DNA of 64,000 nucleotides from Bacteroidales bacterium (GTDB taxonomy: Bacteria; Bacteroidota; Bacteroidia; Bacteroidales; UBA932). A program made the position numbers and the translations under genes. The stretch covers positions 9,133 through 73,132 of the forward strand of contig JAFPGC010000030.1 in the NCBI GenBank assembly GCA_017423025.1. The letters are read 5' to 3'. Shown here piece by piece: positions 25,985 through 35,242 of this stretch (position 1 is its first letter; each line of letters begins with the position of its first letter). The notes beneath the pieces were generated by a model. It saw only the letters and a program-made list of their open reading frames with translations, was not told the origin of the DNA and searched no databases.

Positions 25985-26581
25985 ATGAAGATTACCAAAG
26001 CGGAATTTGCTGGAAGCAGCACCCGTGTAGGGCAGAAGCCGGAGCGGAAGTTACCGGAATTTGCCTTCATCGGCCGCTCTAACGTTGGAAAGAGCTCCCT
26101 CATCAACATGCTCACGGGCAATTCCAAGCTGGCCAAGACTTCCCAGACACCGGGTAAGACCCAGCTGGTGAACCATTTCCTCATCAATGACAGCTGGTAT
26201 CTGGTAGACCTTCCTGGCTATGGCTTCGCCAAGCTCCCGGACAAGGACCGCGCCCGGCTGCGCCACATCATCTGGGATTACATCAACCACTCCGAAGAGC
26301 TGGTGATGCTCATGGTGCTTCTGGACTCCCGCCACGACATGCAGGAGGTAGACCTCCGTTTCATCTCGGAACTGGGAGAAAAGGGCATTCCCTTCGGCCT
26401 CATTTTCACCAAGGCCGATAAACAGGGCCCGGAAGTCCTGCAGCAGCAGGTTACAAAAAACAAGGAGCGGCTCCTGGAGGACTGGGAGGAGCTGCCACCC
26501 GTTTTCATCTCCTCTTCGGTGAAAGGAACAGGAAAGGAAGAAATCCTCAGTTATATTGACTCAATTCTCAAAACACTATGA
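25985..26581 (+). CDS. engB: Ribosome biogenesis GTPase YihA/YsxC
   Basis: GRSNVGKSSLIN, TPGKTQ, DLPGYG, TKADK. Confidence 0.96.
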   Translation: MKITKAEFAGSSTRVGQKPERKLPEFAFIGRSNVGKSSLINMLTGNSKLAKTSQTPGKTQLVNHFLINDSWYLVDLPGYGFAKLPDKDRARLRHIIWDYINHSEELVMLMVLLDSRHDMQEVDLRFISELGEKGIPFGLIFTKADKQGPEVLQQQVTKNKERLLEDWEELPPVFISSSVKGTGKEEILSYIDSILKTL

Positions 26582-27573
26582 TAAACGATGTCCATAAGCA
26601 CCGGATGGCGCTGTTTACGTGTGATGCCTCCCGCTATTTCGCGGAGAAGGTAGTTGCTGCCATGAATCGCATGAAACCCGATTCCGATCCCGAGGTAATC
26701 CTGGGACCCCTTGAGATTTCCCGTTTCAGCGATGGTGAATTCCAACCCTATTTCGCCGAGAGCGTTAGGGGTGCGACCTGTTTCATTATCCAGTCCACTT
26801 TCCCCACTGCCGACAATCTGATGGAACTGCTGCTTTCCATCGATGCCGCCCGGCGTGCATCGGCCAACAGGGTAATTGCCGTTATCCCTTATTATGGCTG
26901 GGCCCGCCAGGACCGCAAGGACAAACCCCGTACCTCCATTGGTGCCAAGCTGGTAGCCAACATGCTCAAGGTGGCCGGTGCCGATGCCGTGATGACGTGC
27001 GATCTCCACGCCGACCAGATTCAGGGCTTCTTTGACCTTCCCGTCAACCACCTCTATGCCAGTTTCGATTTCCTGCACACGCTGGAAGGCCTGGCCAAGG
27101 AGTACAAGGACACCCTCACCCTGGCCGCTCCCGATATGGGCGGTGCCAAGCGCGTGAATGCCTATGCCAAGAAACTGCACACGCCGATGGTTATCTGCCA
27201 CAAGACGCGCGCCAAGGCCAATGTAATTGAAAAGATCGTTCCCATCGGAGAGGTGGAAGGCCGTGACATCGTGATCATCGACGATATCATCGACACCGCC
27301 GGCACGCTCACCGAGGCTGCCAACGAGCTCATCAAGCGCGGCGCCAAGAGCGTCCGTGCCTTTGCAACGCACCCGGTCCTTTCCGGTCCTGCCTACGAGC
27401 GCATTGACAAGAGCGCCCTCTGCGAGGTGTATGTGACGGACACCATTCCGCTGGATCCTTCCAAGAAGGCTTTCCAGAGCAAGTTCCGCGTTGTTTCCCT
27501 GGCCGAGACTTTCGCCCGCATGATCCTGCGCGTTTACAACTACGAACCCATTTCCTCCGAATTCCCGCTCTAA
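26578..27573 (+). CDS. prs: Ribose-phosphate pyrophosphokinase
   Basis: FSDGE, PYYGWARQDRK, DLHADQIQGFF, PDMGG, IDDIIDTAGT. Confidence 0.97.
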   Translation: MINDVHKHRMALFTCDASRYFAEKVVAAMNRMKPDSDPEVILGPLEISRFSDGEFQPYFAESVRGATCFIIQSTFPTADNLMELLLSIDAARRASANRVIAVIPYYGWARQDRKDKPRTSIGAKLVANMLKVAGADAVMTCDLHADQIQGFFDLPVNHLYASFDFLHTLEGLAKEYKDTLTLAAPDMGGAKRVNAYAKKLHTPMVICHKTRAKANVIEKIVPIGEVEGRDIVIIDDIIDTAGTLTEAANELIKRGAKSVRAFATHPVLSGPAYERIDKSALCEVYVTDTIPLDPSKKAFQSKFRVVSLAETFARMILRVYNYEPISSEFPL

Positions 27574-27576
27574 GGT

Positions 27577-27819
27577 ATGAAGACTCTGCTTGCCGCTATC
27601 ATTTTCGTGGGAATCGCCGTGCTTTTGCTGGGCGTGAACATCTTCTTTTTCCATCGGCCTTTCCCCGACGGAGAAATTTCCACGAATCCGGAAATGCGCA
27701 AGCGGGGAATCAAGTGTGCCAAGGAGGAGGAGCTGGAAATGCTGGCCAAACAAAAGGGGAAGAAGGTGTGCGACGGCAACTATTCGGATGCCTGCGCCTC
27801 CTGCTCCCTAAGACCATGA
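27577..27819 (+). CDS. Small membrane-anchored protein with Cys-rich tail
   Basis: N-terminal TM helix, FPDGEISTNPEMRKRGIKCA, C-terminal C-x7-C-x2-C; fills the 3-nt and 1-nt gaps between prs and the kinase gene. Confidence 0.75.
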   Translation: MKTLLAAIIFVGIAVLLLGVNIFFFHRPFPDGEISTNPEMRKRGIKCAKEEELEMLAKQKGKKVCDGNYSDACASCSLRP

Positions 27820-27820
27820 T

Positions 27821-28711
27821 ATGCCACGTAAGATTACCTTTATAGTAAATCCCATATCGGGGCTAAACGACAAGTCACAGGTGCTTTCCGCCATCGGGAA
27901 ACACCTGGATTTGTCCTTATATCAGCCCCAGATCCTGTTCACCTCCTATGCCGGAGAAGCCTTTGAGATGGCGAGGGAGAGCAAGGCCGATGTGGTAGTG
28001 GCGGTAGGCGGCGACGGTACGGTGAGCGAGGTGGCCCGCGGCTTGGCCGGCACTCAGAAGTGCCTGGGCATCGTGCCCTGCGGTAGCGGGGACGGCCTGG
28101 CCCTTCACCTGGGCATCAGCCGCATTCCGGCCCTTGCCATCAAGACCCTGAACAAAGCCTGCCAGACCGAGATAGACGTGGGGCGGATGAACGACCTGCC
28201 CTTCTTCTGCACGGTAGGTTTCGGCCTGGACGCCAAGGTGAGTATGGAGTTCGCCCGTTCCACCACCCGCGGTCTGCCCAAGTATGTGAGCCTGGCCTGG
28301 GAGGAGTGGAAGCAGCATTCGCTGTCCGAATACCGCATCTCTTCCGACCAGGGGATGCTCTGGGAAGGCAAGGCTGTTTTTGTTACGGTGGCCAATGCCA
28401 ACCAGTGGGGCAACCAGGCGCGCATCGCGCCCATGGCTTCCTTGCAGGACGGTCTGCTGGACGTAGTGGTGGTGAACCCGTTCTCTACCCTGGAAATTCC
28501 GGACCTGGCCGCCCGCCTCATGACGGGTCAGGCCCCTACCAGCAAGCATTTCCTGCACTTTACGGGAAACCGCTTCCATATTACCCGCAGCGGGGCGGGG
28601 GCCGTCCATTATGACGGCGACCCTTGCGAGGCCGGTACGGAATTTGACTTGGATGTGCAGCCCCAATCCCTTAATGTGATTGTGCCCAGGTCAAAGATGA
28701 AGAAAATCTAG
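27821..28711 (+). CDS. Diacylglycerol kinase family lipid kinase (YegS/DgkB type)
   Basis: IVNPISG, VGGDGTVSEV, PCGSGDGLA, GFGLDA, QDGLLDV, DGD. Confidence 0.92.
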   Translation: MPRKITFIVNPISGLNDKSQVLSAIGKHLDLSLYQPQILFTSYAGEAFEMARESKADVVVAVGGDGTVSEVARGLAGTQKCLGIVPCGSGDGLALHLGISRIPALAIKTLNKACQTEIDVGRMNDLPFFCTVGFGLDAKVSMEFARSTTRGLPKYVSLAWEEWKQHSLSEYRISSDQGMLWEGKAVFVTVANANQWGNQARIAPMASLQDGLLDVVVVNPFSTLEIPDLAARLMTGQAPTSKHFLHFTGNRFHITRSGAGAVHYDGDPCEAGTEFDLDVQPQSLNVIVPRSKMKKI

Positions 28712-29913
28712 TGAGGAGACTCCTGCATATCCTGTACACGGCAGTGGCTTCCCTGTTCCTGTTGGTGCTGATGGCCGTCTGGGTCACCAGCGTGAGCCCG
28801 GTGTACCGTTTCCGCGCTCCCCAGCCGTTCCAGGGACCGGACATTTTCAATCCCTACAGCGCCCTGGATACCGTGCAGGGCTGGAAGCGGGCCAATTTCC
28901 ACACCCATACCCGGGTGAAGGGTCCTTTCCCTCCCAACGAGTGCGAGGCCTGGCCACAGGAGACCTACGACACCTACCGGAAACTGGGCTACGACATTGT
29001 CACCTTCTCCAACCACAACGAGCTCACCACCCATCCCTTCGATCCCTCGCTGCAGGTGAACGTGTACGAACAGGGGTACAGCCCGTTCAAATTCCACAAG
29101 CTGGTTTTCGGCAGCCCCGGCGTCATCCATTGGGACCCTCTGCTGCCCCTTCTGACTTCCCAGATGCAGTTCGAACTGGATTATCTGGGCCGAAGCTCGG
29201 ACTTTATCCAGCTCAACCACCCTTACCGCACCATCGGCCTTACCGAGGTGGATATGAAGGCCTTGTCCGGCTACGAAATCATGGAGCTGGATACCCACGT
29301 GAGCACGCAGAACGAGTACTGGGACCAGGCTCTCAGCGCCGGACATTATTCCTTCGGCCTGGCCAATGATGATCTTCACCACGCCCGCAGCGCGGAGCGC
29401 ATCGCCATCCGCTGCAACTTCCTCTGTACGCCATCGGCCCGGTATGAAGACCTTAAAAAGACCCTCCTTTCCGGCTGCTATTACTCTATGCGCGTGCCCA
29501 ATTACGGCGACGGTGACTGGGAGGAGAAGATCGAGAAGAATCAACATCTGCCGGTTGTCCGCACCATCGGCGTGGCAGGCGACACCCTTTATATGAACCT
29601 GTCGGCCCGGGCCGACAGCATCCGCGTCAACGGACAAAACCACGCTACACTCCTGCTGGCCCGCGATACGGACCACGTGGAATACGTGATGGGGGCCGAT
29701 GAACCCTTCGCCCGCTTCACGGCTTATTTCCCCGGCGGGGAGGTTATTTACACCAATCCCTTTGCCCGGTATGATGCCTCCGTGGCGGCCAATCCGTTCA
29801 ACAATGCGCCCCAGAAGTTGAATGTGCTCCTGACCGTGCTGTTCAACCTGCTGGTGCTGGCCCTGATGGCTGCCACCGTTTATCTGTTTGTCAAGCTGTA
29901 CAAGAAGAGATGA
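28711..29913 (+). CDS. Membrane-anchored PHP-family metallo-phosphoesterase
   Basis: RANFHTHT, FSNHN, QLNHP, ANDDLH PHP metal ligands; TM helices at both termini. Confidence 0.75.
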   Translation: MRRLLHILYTAVASLFLLVLMAVWVTSVSPVYRFRAPQPFQGPDIFNPYSALDTVQGWKRANFHTHTRVKGPFPPNECEAWPQETYDTYRKLGYDIVTFSNHNELTTHPFDPSLQVNVYEQGYSPFKFHKLVFGSPGVIHWDPLLPLLTSQMQFELDYLGRSSDFIQLNHPYRTIGLTEVDMKALSGYEIMELDTHVSTQNEYWDQALSAGHYSFGLANDDLHHARSAERIAIRCNFLCTPSARYEDLKKTLLSGCYYSMRVPNYGDGDWEEKIEKNQHLPVVRTIGVAGDTLYMNLSARADSIRVNGQNHATLLLARDTDHVEYVMGADEPFARFTAYFPGGEVIYTNPFARYDASVAANPFNNAPQKLNVLLTVLFNLLVLALMAATVYLFVKLYKKR

Positions 29914-31433
29914 TACCGCTTCCCCCTAAAAAAGCCCGTCTGAGCACTTACTGCATGGTCCTGAGCGTGTTCACGCTCCTGGCCTACCACCTGCCTTTCG
30001 CCCGGCACGCCGCCTGCTGCCTGGAGGGAGGCTTCAACAGTGTTTTGCTGGTCCTTCTGGCGCTGGTTACGCTCCTGGGGCTCAATTACCTGCTGTACTA
30101 TCTTCTGGTCTATTGCTTCCGAAAGGTAGGAAAGTGGATCATAGCCTTCACCCTTGTGGGCAATGCCATCATGCTGTATGGCGTAGTCACGTACGACTCG
30201 CTGGTAACGGACGAGATTATGGGCAGCATCTTCAAGTCCCAGTATTCGGAGGTGTCCAGTTTCTTCTCCTGGGGAGCGGTGCTGTACATCCTGCTTCTGG
30301 GCGTGCTGCCGTCCCTTTATGCCATTAAGCGCAAGGTGGACTACGGTTCCTTCAAGCGCTTCCTGGGCCAAGTGGGAATCTCCCTGGCCGCCATCGTGGC
30401 GGTGGTTATGATGAATGTGAAGAACTTCACCTGGATAGACCGCAACTCCACCGAACTGGGCAGCCTCATCGCCCCGTGGTCGTATATTGTGAATTCCTTC
30501 CGTTTCTGGGCGTCGGAGCGCCAGAGAAACCAGAAGGAGATCCTTCTGCCGGATGTTACTTCCGTATCGGAAACCCGCGACATTTGTGTTCTGATGATAG
30601 GGGAATCGGCCCGCCAGGACCACTTCTCGCTGTATGGATACGGGAAGGAGACCAACCCCCTCACGGCCCGCGACAGTGTGGTGGCGTTGAAGGCCGATGC
30701 CTCCTCTACCTACACTCTGGGCGGGGTAAAGGCCATCCTGGAGCCCGTTGAGGCCAAGGAACTGTACGAGATTTTGCCCAATTACCTGCAGCGTTCGGGA
30801 GTGGACGTGAGCTGGCGCACCAGCAACTGGGGAGAGCCTCCGGTGCATACGGAAAAGTATTACAAGAACACGGAACTGAAGAATCAATACCCGGACCTGG
30901 ACGGAGAACACGACGGCATCCTGCTGGCCGGCCTCAAGGAAGAACTCTTGGAAAGCAAGGCCGACAAAATCTTCGTAGTCATCCACGGCTATACCAACCA
31001 CGGCCCGGCCTATTACTCCAATTATCCGCCCGAATTCGAGGTGTTTACGCCGGCCTGCCATACGGTGGAAATGTCCAAGACCACGCAGGAGGAACTGTAC
31101 AACGCCTACGATAACAGCGTCCTTTACACGGACTACCTTATCCATTCCGTGATAGAGATGCTTCGGGACATCCCGGACCGCCGCGGCTGCGTGTTCTTTG
31201 TCTCGGACCACGGTGAATCCCTGGGAGAGAACAACACTTACATGCACGGAATACCCTACAACATTGCCCCCAGGGCGCAGATAGAGATCCCCTTCCTGGT
31301 CTGGGCCCCGGACATGCAGGTGAAACCCCTGGAAAAGGTGGGGCAGCATCACGTATTTCACAGTGTATTACGATTCTTCGGCATAGAAAGCCCCGCTTTT
31401 GACGAAGAAAAGTGTATCTTTGCAAAAAATTAG
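29910..31433 (+). CDS. eptA: Phosphoethanolamine transferase (EptA-like)
   Basis: Five-TM N-terminus; sulfatase-fold domain with IGESAR, STYT (catalytic Thr), [24 protein letters not shown]. Confidence 0.88.
   Translation: MIPLPPKKARLSTYCMVLSVFTLLAYHLPFARHAACCLEGGFNSVLLVLLALVTLLGLNYLLYYLLVYCFRKVGKWIIAFTLVGNAIMLYGVVTYDSLVTDEIMGSIFKSQYSEVSSFFSWGAVLYILLLGVLPSLYAIKRKVDYGSFKRFLGQVGISLAAIVAVVMMNVKNFTWIDRNSTELGSLIAPWSYIVNSFRFWASERQRNQKEILLPDVTSVSETRDICVLMIGESARQDHFSLYGYGKETNPLTARDSVVALKADASSTYTLGGVKAILEPVEAKELYEILPNYLQRSGVDVSWRTSNWGEPPVHTEKYYKNTELKNQYPDLDGEHDGILLAGLKEELLESKADKIFVVIHGYTNHGPAYYSNYPPEFEVFTPACHTVEMSKTTQEELYNAYDNSVLYTDYLIHSVIEMLRDIPDRRGCVFFVSDHGESLGENNTYMHGIPYNIAPRAQIEIPFLVWAPDMQVKPLEKVGQHHVFHSVLRFFGIESPAFDEEKCIFAKN
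31415..31422 (+). promoter_or_regulatory. -7 element for der embedded in the eptA 3' end
   Basis: TATCTTTG in a locally AT-rich patch, 18 nt before der ATG. Confidence 0.65.
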
Positions 31434-31440
31434 TACTTAT

Positions 31441-32748
31441 ATGGCACTCGTAGCGATAGTCGGGAGACCGAACGTGGGTAAGTCAACCTTGTTCAACCGC
31501 CTGGTGGGAATGCGCCAGGCCATAGTAGATGAGACGGCCGGTGTAACCCGGGACCGTCATTACGGCAAATGCGAATGGAACGGCCGGGAATTCTCCGTGG
31601 TGGATACGGGCGGCTATACCTCCAATTCGGATGACGTGTTCGAAGACGCCATCCGCCGCCAGGTGGCCATCGCCATCGAAGAGGCCGATGTGGTCCTGTT
31701 CATGTGCGAGGCCGCTACGGGCATTACAGATTACGATTCCGAGATTGCCGACCTCCTGCGGCGCTCCAAGAAGCCGGTCATCCTCTGCGTGAACAAGGTG
31801 GACACCGGTGAAAAGATGTACGACGCGTACGATTTCTATTCCCTGGGCCTGGGCGAAGTGTGGACCATATCGGCCGCCAACGGCTCCGGTACGGGAGATT
31901 TGCTGGACGAGGTGCTGCGGGTTCTGCCGGAAGATGACGGGGCCGATGACGACCACGCCGATCTTCCGCACATAGCCATCGTGGGCCGCCCCAACGTGGG
32001 CAAGAGTTCCCTCACCAACGCCCTCCTGGGCGAGGAGCGCAACATCGTGACCCCGGTGGCCGGCACCACTCGCGATTCCATATCAACGTACTACAACAAG
32101 TTTGGCCACGAATTCATGATTGTGGACACCGCCGGTATGCGTAAACGCGGCAAGGTGACCGAGGACCTGGAATTCTATTCCGTCCTGAGGGCCATGCGCA
32201 CCATCGAGCATTCCGACGTGTGCATCCTCATGATTGACGCCACACTGGGCATGGAAGCGCAGGATATGAATATCTTCAACGTTATCCAGAAGAACCGCAA
32301 GGGCTGCGTGATCGTGGTGAACAAGTGGGACCTCTTCGAGAAGGACGTGAACACCATGAGGGATTATACCGAAGGCCTCAAGGCCCGCCTGGCCCCCTTC
32401 AACGACATTCCCATCATCTTTACTTCCGTCCTTAACAAGCAGCGCATCCTGGATGTGCTGGATGCCGCCGCCCGTGTCGCGGCCAATATGAGCCGCAAGA
32501 TTCCCACCTCCCAGCTCAACGACGCCATGCTCCCGGAGATCGAGAACTATCCGCCGCCGGCCTGGAAGGGCAAGTATATCAAGATCAAGTATGTGACGCA
32601 GCTTCCCACTCGCACCCCGCAGTTTGCCTTCTTCTGCAACCTGCCCCAGTGGGTGAAGGAACCCTACAAGCGCTTCCTGGAGAACAAGCTCCGCGAGCAC
32701 TTCGATTTCGAAGGCTGCCCCATTCAGGTATATACAAGAGCTAAGTAA
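31441..32748 (+). CDS. der: Ribosome biogenesis GTPase Der/EngA
   Basis: Two G domains (GRPNVGKS twice, DTGG/DTAG, NKVD/NKWD) plus a KH-like C-terminus. Confidence 0.97.
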   Translation: MALVAIVGRPNVGKSTLFNRLVGMRQAIVDETAGVTRDRHYGKCEWNGREFSVVDTGGYTSNSDDVFEDAIRRQVAIAIEEADVVLFMCEAATGITDYDSEIADLLRRSKKPVILCVNKVDTGEKMYDAYDFYSLGLGEVWTISAANGSGTGDLLDEVLRVLPEDDGADDDHADLPHIAIVGRPNVGKSSLTNALLGEERNIVTPVAGTTRDSISTYYNKFGHEFMIVDTAGMRKRGKVTEDLEFYSVLRAMRTIEHSDVCILMIDATLGMEAQDMNIFNVIQKNRKGCVIVVNKWDLFEKDVNTMRDYTEGLKARLAPFNDIPIIFTSVLNKQRILDVLDAAARVAANMSRKIPTSQLNDAMLPEIENYPPPAWKGKYIKIKYVTQLPTRTPQFAFFCNLPQWVKEPYKRFLENKLREHFDFEGCPIQVYTRAK

Positions 32749-33485
32749 TGTTTGATGCAGTAAAAGTTAAGGACGCTTGCGTCCAGTGGATCAGGGACTG
32801 GTTTGAAGAGAACGGTCCCGGCTGCAATGCCGTGCTGGGCATTTCCGGCGGCAAGGACAGCAGCGTATGCGCAGCCCTGTGTGTTGAGGCGCTGGGCAAA
32901 GACCGGGTCATAGGGGTCACCATGCCCAACGGCGTCCAGCCGGATATCGACGATTCCGTGAAGCTTATCCAGCACCTGGGAATCAAGCGCTATAACGTGA
33001 ACGTGGGCCCTGCGTTCCAGGCCCTGATGGCCGAAGTGGAGGCCCAGCTGGGGCACGAGGCCAGCAAACAGACCCGCATCAACATGGCCCCGCGCCTGCG
33101 GATGACCACTCTCTATGCCATTTCCCAGAGCAACAACGGCCGCGTGGTGAATACCTGCAACCTGTCCGAGGACTGGGTGGGTTACAGCACCCGATACGGC
33201 GATGCCGCGGGTGACTTCTCTCCCCTCGGCGGCCTTACCGTGCAGGAAGTGGTGGCCATCGGCAAAATCCTGGGCCTGCCCGTCGACCTGGTGGAGAAAG
33301 CCCCTTCGGACGGCCTCACCGGCAAAACGGATGAGGACAACCTGGGCTTCACCTATGCCGTTCTGGACAAGTACATCCGCACGGGCGTCTGTGAAGACCC
33401 GGAGGTTAAGGCGAAGATTGACCACAAACATGTGACCAACCTGTTCAAGCTCAAGCCCATTCCCCACTTCGATCCCGAAATCTAA
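32748..33485 (+). CDS. nadE: NH3-dependent NAD+ synthetase (no glutaminase domain)
   Basis: GISGGKDSS, PRLRMTTLY, NLSE..VGYSTRYGD, KAPSDGL...DEDNLG. Confidence 0.94.
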   Translation: MFDAVKVKDACVQWIRDWFEENGPGCNAVLGISGGKDSSVCAALCVEALGKDRVIGVTMPNGVQPDIDDSVKLIQHLGIKRYNVNVGPAFQALMAEVEAQLGHEASKQTRINMAPRLRMTTLYAISQSNNGRVVNTCNLSEDWVGYSTRYGDAAGDFSPLGGLTVQEVVAIGKILGLPVDLVEKAPSDGLTGKTDEDNLGFTYAVLDKYIRTGVCEDPEVKAKIDHKHVTNLFKLKPIPHFDPEI

Positions 33486-33488
33486 TCC

Positions 33489-34508
33489 ATGTCCCGCCGT
33501 ATCTTTTTGTTCGTGCTGATTCTGGCACTGGCCTTACCTGTGTCCGGACAGGCCATCTACGGAGCGCACGGAGAGCGTACGGAAGTTATCTGGCACCAGG
33601 GAAAGCCCCTGGTGATCCAGCATCTGGATTCCCTGGGAAATACGCTTAGCATGAAGGCTTATGCCTATGCGTCAGAGGGCGTTCATCCTTCACAGGTGAC
33701 CTTCTACAGGGACCAAAACCATTGGGAGCGGAAGTCTTATACGTATTCTGGAGACCAGGTTCTTACGGTGGCTACCTACGGACCTTCCGGACGCAGGGAC
33801 ACCCTCTCGTGGAGAGAGGTCGACAGTACCGGCCGCGCCCGTTGGACCCCAATGCCTCAAGCACCGGACCCGCTGGCCGAATGGCAGCTGGCGCTGGAGG
33901 CCAGCCGCCTGTGTGAGCTGGATACGAACCTTTTACCGGACCCCCTGGACGGAAAAGCTTTCCTCTTTGCGGCCGATGGCCGGTTCCTGAGCCGCGTACA
34001 GTCCGGTTATGAGGAAGGTCCCCTGATCCTGTGGCAGGGAGAAGGCCGGAAGCCTCTGGTCGCCCGCTTCTCCGACCCGGGCTACGATGCTTCCCACATG
34101 GGACCGGACAAGCGGGTGCACGTGGTGAAGGCAGAAGAGATTGCCGATGCCATGGATATCAGCGGAGCGGCCGGGACCACGGTCAAGGGCTTAATACCGG
34201 GAAGCCTTTTCCTTTTGAAGAACAGCGCGTATGGGGGAATGCTGGATTTCGCCATCCGACCCGAGTACGGCGTTTCCCGGAACACGTACTACATTGCGGA
34301 TACGCCGATGGAGGGCCCTGTGGCCTACAATTACTACAACTATGGGAATTTCCTCTGGGGAGCATCGGCCCGGGAAGTGAAGGTCCCCCTGTGGATGACC
34401 CTGCTGGGCTCGAACTTCAACAACTTCTTCCTTTCACCGGACAGCCGTTTTCAGCTGGATACTCCGGACGACCTGTTTTCCATAAGCGCCGGCTATCGCT
34501 GGCGGTAA
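33489..34508 (+). CDS. Exported protein with YD/RHS-like N region and C-terminal polymorphic-toxin (Ntox44-like) domain
   Basis: Signal peptide; YD-like segments (LDSLGN, SYTYSGD, TYGPSG); C-terminal GNFLWGASA...LLGS...DTPDDLFSISAGY. Confidence 0.55.
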   Translation: MSRRIFLFVLILALALPVSGQAIYGAHGERTEVIWHQGKPLVIQHLDSLGNTLSMKAYAYASEGVHPSQVTFYRDQNHWERKSYTYSGDQVLTVATYGPSGRRDTLSWREVDSTGRARWTPMPQAPDPLAEWQLALEASRLCELDTNLLPDPLDGKAFLFAADGRFLSRVQSGYEEGPLILWQGEGRKPLVARFSDPGYDASHMGPDKRVHVVKAEEIADAMDISGAAGTTVKGLIPGSLFLLKNSAYGGMLDFAIRPEYGVSRNTYYIADTPMEGPVAYNYYNYGNFLWGASAREVKVPLWMTLLGSNFNNFFLSPDSRFQLDTPDDLFSISAGYRWR

Positions 34509-34509
34509 A

Positions 34510-35193
34510 CTAAGGTTCTTCTATGCTGACGAGCACCTCAATTTCCTGGAGGCGCATATTTTTGTCGTATTTGTCGTGTCGCACGTAGCCAAAGCCGGGG
34601 GAATAGTAATTGTCCAGCCAGTTGTCCGGGTGGTGGAAAGGGGCGTCTTCTTCCTTATGCTCCCGCACCACAACGCAGTCGAAGGTGCCGGCGGGGGTGG
34701 TGATGGTTTCCTTGCGCAGCACTCGCCGGTCCGTTATGTGGAAATAGGCTTTTAAGCCCATTACGGTCACGGTACAGTGGGTTTCAGGAAGGGTGTCGCC
34801 GGGATGCATCTTGGCGGGAAGCAGGGCCCAGGCTTCCGAAATCTCCACCTTGGCACGGGGGAACATATTCCTGGCAAAGCCCTTGACCGTTTCCCCAAAG
34901 TTCATGTTCACGTCTCCATTGGGGGTAATCAAAGTGGTCTGGATGGCACGGCCTCCATACAAGTCGCTGCCGTTGGCTTTGGCCATGGTAACGGCATAAT
35001 GCACTTCCTGTCCTTTGGATGTGGCCTGCTCGGATTCTATTTCAAACAGGGTGGTCTGTGTGAGCTTGGTGGTGCCGGCCTTGTACCGCTCGTAATGGAG
35101 TTTGGTGCCGGGACGGGTACAGAAAAATGGCTCCTGGGCCAGGAGCGAAATCGTACTCAGAAAAGAAATAATGAACAGGACCGCTTTTTTCAT
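34510..35193 (-). CDS. Exported DUF3108-like (TapB-like) protein
   Basis: Signal peptide (LLA|Q); ETITTPAGTFDC and YYSPGFGYVR motifs. Confidence 0.75.
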   Translation of the reverse strand: MKKAVLFIISFLSTISLLAQEPFFCTRPGTKLHYERYKAGTTKLTQTTLFEIESEQATSKGQEVHYAVTMAKANGSDLYGGRAIQTTLITPNGDVNMNFGETVKGFARNMFPRAKVEISEAWALLPAKMHPGDTLPETHCTVTVMGLKAYFHITDRRVLRKETITTPAGTFDCVVVREHKEEDAPFHHPDNWLDNYYSPGFGYVRHDKYDKNMRLQEIEVLVSIEEP

Positions 35194-35242
35194 TTGGCAA
35201 AAGTAAGAAGAATTTTTTATATTTGTAGGAAATGGAGTGACC

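Noticed and set aside
34510-35193. DUF3108-like gene as immunity protein for the Ntox44-like ORF
   Set aside because: Convergent orientation, own promoter, and an exported protein of a widespread family; immunity genes are normally co-oriented directly downstream.
35232-35240. ATG-GAG-TGA micro-ORF just downstream of the xseA promoter element
   Set aside because: A two-codon ORF is expected by chance; nothing else supports a regulatory role.
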